Origin: Vibrio vulnificus CMCP6
Lineage (GTDB): Bacteria; Pseudomonadota; Gammaproteobacteria; Enterobacterales; Vibrionaceae
Assembly: GCF_000039765.1 (NCBI RefSeq)
Contig: NC_004460.2
Location: forward strand, 1-32,000
Direction: 5' to 3'
DNA length: 32,000 bases
Positions 26,705 to 32,000 of this stretch are shown here, piece after piece. How positions within the stretch are numbered: position 1 is the stretch's first letter; every line of letters starts with the position of its first letter. Under the pieces are notes generated by a model. It was not told the origin of the DNA, ran no database searches, and was given only the letters and a program-made list of their open reading frames with translations. The translations under genes and the position numbers were made by a program.

Positions 26705-27817
26705 ATGTCGTTGGTTGATCCTCTAGTTGGAAGTCGATTTGGTCGTCAGTTTAGAAGGCGATGCCTAAGCGCTGCGGTGGCCAGTTTGCTGGTGGTGGGA
26801 TGCAGTGAGCCTGTTGCTCAGCATGTGGCAGCGCCAGTGGTTCGCCCGGCATTGGTGGAGCGTGTCTCTACTGAGCAGGATAAAGCGCTGAGTTTTAACG
26901 GGGTCGTGCAAGCGGCAGAAAGAGCGGAGTTGTCGTTTCGTGTTTCTGGGCGATTGACACAACTGCTCGTGAACGATGGCGATACGGTGAAAAAAGGCCA
27001 GCTACTCGCCCAATTAGATGCACGTGATGCCAAGACGGCGTTAGCCTCTGCTCAATCAGAGCTCGATAACGTGCAGGCGGAATACGCGCGCGCAAAAGCC
27101 ATTTTTGAGAAAAGCCGAGCGATCACCAAAAGCGATTTGGATGCACTCGCAACACGGTTGAATTTGTCGAAAAATCGAGTGGAAGAAGCGCAACGCCAAC
27201 TTGAATACACCAGTCTCTATTCTCCTTTTGCTGGGGTTGTTGGGCTGACGCAAGTCGACAACCATACCCAGGTTCAGGCTAACCAGCCGATTGTAACTTT
27301 GCACAACCTGCAGCAGTTGGAAGTGTTGGTTAACATTCCCGATACCGTGATGTTGACCAGCCAGCACAACACGCGCGCGTTTGCTGAAATCGCGGTGATC
27401 CCAGAGCATCGTTTCCCTTTGACCTTGAAGCATTACTCCACCCAAGCGGACGCGGCAACGCAAACTTACGCCGTGACGCTGGCGTTTACCGATGTGAATG
27501 GTTATCGCGTGCTTCCGGGAATGACGGTGAAAGTAGTACCGGACACAACGGAGCGCCAACAAACGGAAACTCAACGCATCACGCTGCCTTTAACGGCGGT
27601 GATCTCAGATAACCAAGGTGGCCAATATGTGTGGGTGGTCAACGGAGATAATCGCGTTGCAAAACGCGAGGTCAAAGTCGGTGAGCTTCGCCAAAATCGC
27701 ATCGCGATTGATGACAATCTTACCTTGGGCGAAAACGTGGTGATTGCAGGAACAGGCTCGCTTGTCGAGGGCATGACGGTTCGCCCTTACACAGAATCGA
27801 CCCAAGGAGCTCAGTAA
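26705..27817 (+). CDS. RND efflux periplasmic adaptor (membrane fusion protein), probable lipoprotein
   Basis: Lipobox-like 'LLVVGC'; 'ALSFNGVVQAAERAELSFRVSGRLTQLLVNDGDTVKKGQLLAQLDARD', 'YTSLYSPFAGVVGLTQVDNHTQVQANQPIVTL'. Confidence 0.93.
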   Translation: MSLVDPLVGSRFGRQFRRRCLSAAVASLLVVGCSEPVAQHVAAPVVRPALVERVSTEQDKALSFNGVVQAAERAELSFRVSGRLTQLLVNDGDTVKKGQLLAQLDARDAKTALASAQSELDNVQAEYARAKAIFEKSRAITKSDLDALATRLNLSKNRVEEAQRQLEYTSLYSPFAGVVGLTQVDNHTQVQANQPIVTLHNLQQLEVLVNIPDTVMLTSQHNTRAFAEIAVIPEHRFPLTLKHYSTQADAATQTYAVTLAFTDVNGYRVLPGMTVKVVPDTTERQQTETQRITLPLTAVISDNQGGQYVWVVNGDNRVAKREVKVGELRQNRIAIDDNLTLGENVVIAGTGSLVEGMTVRPYTESTQGAQ

Positions 27818-30800
27818 TGAACCTTGCTGGCTATACCATTGCAAAGCGTACCAGTGTTTGGGTATTGATTGCGCTGACCTTACTAGGTGGGTACATCAGT
27901 TATCTAAAACTTGGCCGATTTGAAGACCCTGAATTTGTCATCCGCCAAGCGGTGATCAACACCCCCTATTATGGCGCGACCGCACAAGAAGTGTCAGACG
28001 AAGTGACGGATCTCATCGAAGGGGCGGTTCAATCTCTGCAAGAGTTGAAAGAGGTCAAGTCGGTTTCCAAACAGGGCATGTCGGAAGTGACGGTGGAGAT
28101 CAAACTCGAGTTCGCTAAAAGCTCTGCCGAGTTGCAGCAAGTTTGGGACAAGTTAAGACGCAAGATAAGCGATGTACAAAGGCAGTTGCCGCCGGGCGCA
28201 GGTCCTTCCATTGTTAACGATGATTTCTCTGATGTGTATGCACTGTTCTTTGCGGTGACCGGAGAAGGCTTTAGCGACAAACAACTGCAAGACTACGTGG
28301 ATACACTTCGCCGAGATTTGGTGTTGGTGCCTGGTGTGGCCAAAACGGCGACGTTAGCGGAGCAGCAAGAGACCATTTTTGTGGAGATCTCTTCAGAGCG
28401 ATTAAAACAGCTTGGCATGTCGATGGAGAAAGTGACGCAAGTGTTGCAGAAGCAAAACCTGATTACTGTTGCTGGCAGCATTGAAACCGAGGCGATGCGG
28501 CTACCGGTGATCCCCGATAGTTCGATTCGTTCACTGCAAGACATCCGCAATCTGCAAGTTGGCCTTGGGGCCGACAACAAAGTGATCCGCTTAGGCGATA
28601 TCGCCAACGTTGTCCGTGGGTACCAAGAACCAGCGACGATGCTGATGCGTTACAACGGACAACGCGCCGTTGGTTTTGGTATTTCCAACGTGATGGGCGG
28701 CAACGTGGTCGAGATGGGGGATGCCGTTAAAGCGCGATTGGCTGAGTTGGAAAACCAACGTCCGCTTGGTATGGAGCTGCATGTTATTTCGATGCAGTCG
28801 GATTCCGTGAGAGCATCGGTTGCGAACTTTATCGACAACTTGATCGCAGCGGTAGCGATTGTGTTTGTTGTGTTGCTGCTGTTTATGGGGGTGAGATCGG
28901 GCATCATCATCGGCTTTGTGCTGTTGCTGACGGTGGCGGGAACACTGTGCATCATGCTAATTGATGATATCGCGATGCAACGCATTTCCTTGGGCGCGTT
29001 GATCATTGCGCTAGGCATGTTGGTGGACAACGCTATTGTGGTGACCGATGGCATTTTGGTGCGCATGCAACAAGAGCCGGACAGTGACAAGCTGACCATC
29101 GTCAATGAGGTCGTCGAGGCGACCAAATGGCCGCTGCTCGGTGGCACGGTGGTGGGTATTTGTGCCTTCAGTGCCATTGGTTTGTCGCCATCGGACATGG
29201 GCGAGTACGCTGGCTCGCTGTTCTGGGTCATCCTTTATTCGATGCTGTTAAGCTGGGTGTTTGCTGTGACCATCACACCAATGTTGTGTCACGATTTTCT
29301 AAAAGTAAAACCGAATCAAGGAGATAACTCAGTTGGCGTTATGATGCGAAGCTATCGCGGCTTGCTTAGCTGGGTATTGCGTCATCGCCTTATCAGCGTT
29401 GTGGCCATTTTGGCGATGCTGTTGACCGCCGTGTGGGGAGCGAAGTTTATTCCACCGGGTTTCATGCCTGACTCTCAGCGTGCGCAGTTTGTGGTCGACG
29501 TCTACCTACCACAAGGGTCGGATATTCGTCGCACCGAGCAAGTGGTCGCGCAGATTGAAAATGAGGTGAAAAGTAAACAAGGAGTGACCAACATCACCAG
29601 TTTTATTGGTGGTGGTGGCTTGCGCTTTATGTTGACGTACTCACCAGAAGCACGAAACACCAGTTACGGCCAATTGCTGATTGATATTGATGACTATCAG
29701 AAAATCGCTGCGTTGTTGCCTGAACTGCAAAATGAACTGGATGCCAAATACCCAGATGCATCGATTAAAGTCTGGAAATTTATGCTGGGCCGCGGTGGTG
29801 GTAAGAAGATCGAAGCGGGCTTCCAAGGCCCAGACAGTGCTGTGTTACGTGGCTTAGCTGAACAGGCCAAAGCGCTGATGCTGGCGGATGACAATTTGAT
29901 TGCGGTGCAAGATGACTGGCGCCAGCAAATGCCAGTGGTGAAACCTGTCTACTCTTCAGAAAAGGCGCAGCGTTATGGCCTGACCAATCAAGAGATCAAC
30001 CAAGCGATCAGTCAGACGCTGTCAGGCAAAAATGTTGGTGTTTATCGTGAAGGTGATGACTTAATCCCGATTGTGCTGCGAGCGCCCAAAGAAGAGCGCC
30101 AGCATGCTAGGGCGATCGAAAACACCTTGGTTTATAGTCACGCGGTTGGGCAGTCAGTGCCAGTAAGTCAACTGATTGAATCGGTGGATGTGGTTTGGCA
30201 AGACGCCATACTACGCCGCATTGATCGTGTCCCGACGATTTTAGTTCAAGCAGATCCTGCACCAGGTGTGCTCACGGCGGACGCGTTCAATCAAATACGC
30301 AATAAAATCGAAGCTGTTCCTTTGCCTGCGGGTTACGAGTTGACTTGGTATGGTGAGTACAAAGCATCTAAGGATGCCAATGAAGGTCTGGTCATTTCGG
30401 CACCTTACGGGTTTTCCGCAATGATTTTGTCGGTCATTTTCATGTTTAACGCGTTAAGACAGCCGTTGGTGATCTGGCTAACAGCGCCTTTAGCAGTGAT
30501 TGGTGTCACGGTTGGCCTGATTGTCTTCCAAACGCCCTTCGAATTCATGGCGATTCTCGGCTTTCTTAGCTTGATCGGCATGATGGTGAAAAACGCCATC
30601 GTCTTGGTGGATCAAGCTGACGTGGAAATTCGACAAGGCAAGTGGCCATTCCAAGCCATCATCAATGCGGCGATGAGTCGCGCTCGTCCTGTGCTTCTTG
30701 GCGCATTGACCACGATATTAGGTGTCGCACCACTGTTGGTTGATCCCTTCTTTAAAAGTATGGCGGTCACCATCATGTTCGGTCTGCTGTTTGCGACCTT

Positions 30801-30867
30801 GTTGACACTGGTGGTGATCCCGCTTTTCTATGCCATGTTGTTTCGCATAAAAGTGGAGCAAATGTAA
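27817..30867 (+). CDS. RND-family efflux pump inner-membrane transporter (AcrB/VexF-like)
   Basis: 1016 aa; 'LKLGRFEDPEFVIRQAVINTPYYGATAQEVSDEVTDLIE', 'LGMLVDNAIVVTDGILVRM', 'LIGMMVKNAIVLVDQADVEIRQG', 'RPVLLGALTTILGVAPLL'; TAATG overlap with the adaptor gene. Confidence 0.96.
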   Translation: MNLAGYTIAKRTSVWVLIALTLLGGYISYLKLGRFEDPEFVIRQAVINTPYYGATAQEVSDEVTDLIEGAVQSLQELKEVKSVSKQGMSEVTVEIKLEFAKSSAELQQVWDKLRRKISDVQRQLPPGAGPSIVNDDFSDVYALFFAVTGEGFSDKQLQDYVDTLRRDLVLVPGVAKTATLAEQQETIFVEISSERLKQLGMSMEKVTQVLQKQNLITVAGSIETEAMRLPVIPDSSIRSLQDIRNLQVGLGADNKVIRLGDIANVVRGYQEPATMLMRYNGQRAVGFGISNVMGGNVVEMGDAVKARLAELENQRPLGMELHVISMQSDSVRASVANFIDNLIAAVAIVFVVLLLFMGVRSGIIIGFVLLLTVAGTLCIMLIDDIAMQRISLGALIIALGMLVDNAIVVTDGILVRMQQEPDSDKLTIVNEVVEATKWPLLGGTVVGICAFSAIGLSPSDMGEYAGSLFWVILYSMLLSWVFAVTITPMLCHDFLKVKPNQGDNSVGVMMRSYRGLLSWVLRHRLISVVAILAMLLTAVWGAKFIPPGFMPDSQRAQFVVDVYLPQGSDIRRTEQVVAQIENEVKSKQGVTNITSFIGGGGLRFMLTYSPEARNTSYGQLLIDIDDYQKIAALLPELQNELDAKYPDASIKVWKFMLGRGGGKKIEAGFQGPDSAVLRGLAEQAKALMLADDNLIAVQDDWRQQMPVVKPVYSSEKAQRYGLTNQEINQAISQTLSGKNVGVYREGDDLIPIVLRAPKEERQHARAIENTLVYSHAVGQSVPVSQLIESVDVVWQDAILRRIDRVPTILVQADPAPGVLTADAFNQIRNKIEAVPLPAGYELTWYGEYKASKDANEGLVISAPYGFSAMILSVIFMFNALRQPLVIWLTAPLAVIGVTVGLIVFQTPFEFMAILGFLSLIGMMVKNAIVLVDQADVEIRQGKWPFQAIINAAMSRARPVLLGALTTILGVAPLLVDPFFKSMAVTIMFGLLFATLLTLVVIPLFYAMLFRIKVEQM

Positions 30868-30878
30868 CGTGACGAACG

Positions 30879-30908
30879 AACGCTACTCAGTTGAGTAGCG
30901 TTTTTTTT
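30879..30908 (+). terminator. Rho-independent terminator after the RND pump gene
   Basis: AACGCTACTCA-GT-TGAGTAGCGTT followed by a run of T's. Confidence 0.93.
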
Positions 30909-31023
30909 GGTGAGGCGTTTTCTGCGATTTTTGCACAATTCTTTATGCAACTGACGCCACTTCACAGAACCTTTCACATAACGCGCTAAACTAACATTAA
31001 CCCTTCGCCACAGGAGTCTTTTT

Positions 31024-32000
31024 ATGGATTTCAATCAACTGGTTAGTGGTCAACATCCCGTGTGGAATGTCATTATCGCGTTGCTGCTCGGGGCTATCAT
31101 TGGCACACAGCGTGGCTGGGTGATGCGAAACAGTGCTGAAGGCAGTCGTGTGGCGGGAATTCGCACCTTCTCTTTAGTTGGCTTACTGGGTGGGTTAACG
31201 GCATTGCTCGCCAGTCACACATCGCCTTTCGTGCTTGGTTTTGCTTTACTCGCCTTGGTGGCGCTGGCTTCTATTGCCTTCATTATTCAGCAGAAAAACA
31301 GCCAAGATATCAGCATTACTGGCGTTGTCAGTTTGCTGGTGACGTTTGTGATTGGCAGCTTAGCCGTAGTGGGAGAGGCCGTATTGGCGGCATCGGCAGC
31401 GGTAATTACTGCCGTCGTATTAGATAACAAAAGAGAGCTTCATCAAGGATTGCAGCGTCTGCAAGAATATGAATTGGATGCTGCCTTACGCTTGATGATG
31501 ATCTCTGTGGTGTTGCTGCCTCTGCTGCCAAATCAAACCTATGGCCCATGGAATGCCTTGAACCCGTATGAGATTTGGTGGATGGTGGTGCTGATCGCCA
31601 GCATTTCCTTTGTGGGGTACTTTGCGATCAAAATCGGCGGTGCCAAACGTGGAGTGCTATTTACCTCCGTTTTTGCCGGATTGAGTTCGTCAACGGCACT
31701 GACACTGCAATTTTCCAATCTTTCTCGAGAACAACCAACGATTAGCCCCTTGCTTGCCAGCGGCATACTGCTCAGCTGTGGCACCATGTTCCCACGTTTG
31801 CTGGTGGTGCTTTCGGTGTTAAACCCGGCCTTGGTGACACAGTTGTGGCCGATCGTGCTATTGATGATGGCAGCCTTGTATCTTCCAGCTTGGTGGATCT
31901 GGCGCTATAGCGATGTGGAGTTTAACGAGCAAGCGGGCAAACAAACCAACCCTCTTGCTCTGCAATCGGCGCTGTTTTTTGGGGTCATTTTAGCGGTGAT
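31024..32000 (+). CDS. MgtC/SapB and DUF4010-type membrane protein, 3'-truncated by the window edge
   Basis: Open frame to the window end, hence missing from the ORF track: MDFNQLVSGQHPVWNVIIALLLGAIIGTQRGWVMRNSAEGSRVAGIRTFSLVGLLGGLTALLA...NPYEIWWMVVLIASISFVGYFAIKIGGAKRGVLFTSVFAGLSSSTALTLQFS. Confidence 0.88.
   Translation, partial: MDFNQLVSGQHPVWNVIIALLLGAIIGTQRGWVMRNSAEGSRVAGIRTFSLVGLLGGLTALLASHTSPFVLGFALLALVALASIAFIIQQKNSQDISITGVVSLLVTFVIGSLAVVGEAVLAASAAVITAVVLDNKRELHQGLQRLQEYELDAALRLMMISVVLLPLLPNQTYGPWNALNPYEIWWMVVLIASISFVGYFAIKIGGAKRGVLFTSVFAGLSSSTALTLQFSNLSREQPTISPLLASGILLSCGTMFPRLLVVLSVLNPALVTQLWPIVLLMMAALYLPAWWIWRYSDVEFNEQAGKQTNPLALQSALFFGVILAV

Noticed and set aside
28650-29231. 193-aa minus-strand ORF inside the RND pump gene
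   Set aside because: Antisense shadow ORF of a strongly conserved coding region; Ser/Thr/Ile/Met-rich low-complexity translation.
1-32000. CRISPR, phage, toxin-antitoxin, retron or other defence system
   Set aside because: No regularly spaced repeats, reverse transcriptase, integrase, restriction or other defence hallmark proteins were seen; apart from the IS, the window is core-like metabolism and transport.

Overview
The window looks like ordinary gamma-proteobacterial chromosome, most likely Vibrio; this is inferred from gene content and protein character, with no search run. Left to right: the 3' part of a glycine betaine/choline ABC permease and its ATPase; a DUF417/YkgB-like membrane protein; a complete IS4-family insertion sequence (2696-4125) with 16/18 terminal inverted repeats and an 11-bp direct target duplication; divergent ppsA and ppsR-like genes; a DUF2804 protein; a secreted reprolysin-like metalloprotease with a P-domain plus an AT-rich upstream partner gene; glpABC; a HAD hydrolase; a beta-eliminating lyase/threonine-aldolase-like enzyme; an S66 peptidase; a PQQ-type sugar dehydrogenase; a cold-shock/DUF1294 protein; an iron-containing alcohol dehydrogenase; a YegD-like Hsp70; an unlisted 37-aa small membrane protein; a rhodanese; a coiled-coil membrane protein with a possible winged-helix tail; a small lipoprotein; an SRPBCC protein; an RND efflux adaptor and pump; and the start of an MgtC/DUF4010 protein. 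I saw no CRISPR array, rRNA, tRNA, prophage or recognisable multi-gene defence system. The best leads are: (1) the IS4 insertion exactly inside the ppsA terminator, bringing its own terminator in its right end; (2) a metalloprotease with no visible propeptide beside a small anchored protein whose C-terminus resembles such a propeptide; (3) two matching TAAACT-N4-AGTTTA palindromes upstream of the RND pump; (4) uncharacterised small or multidomain membrane proteins.
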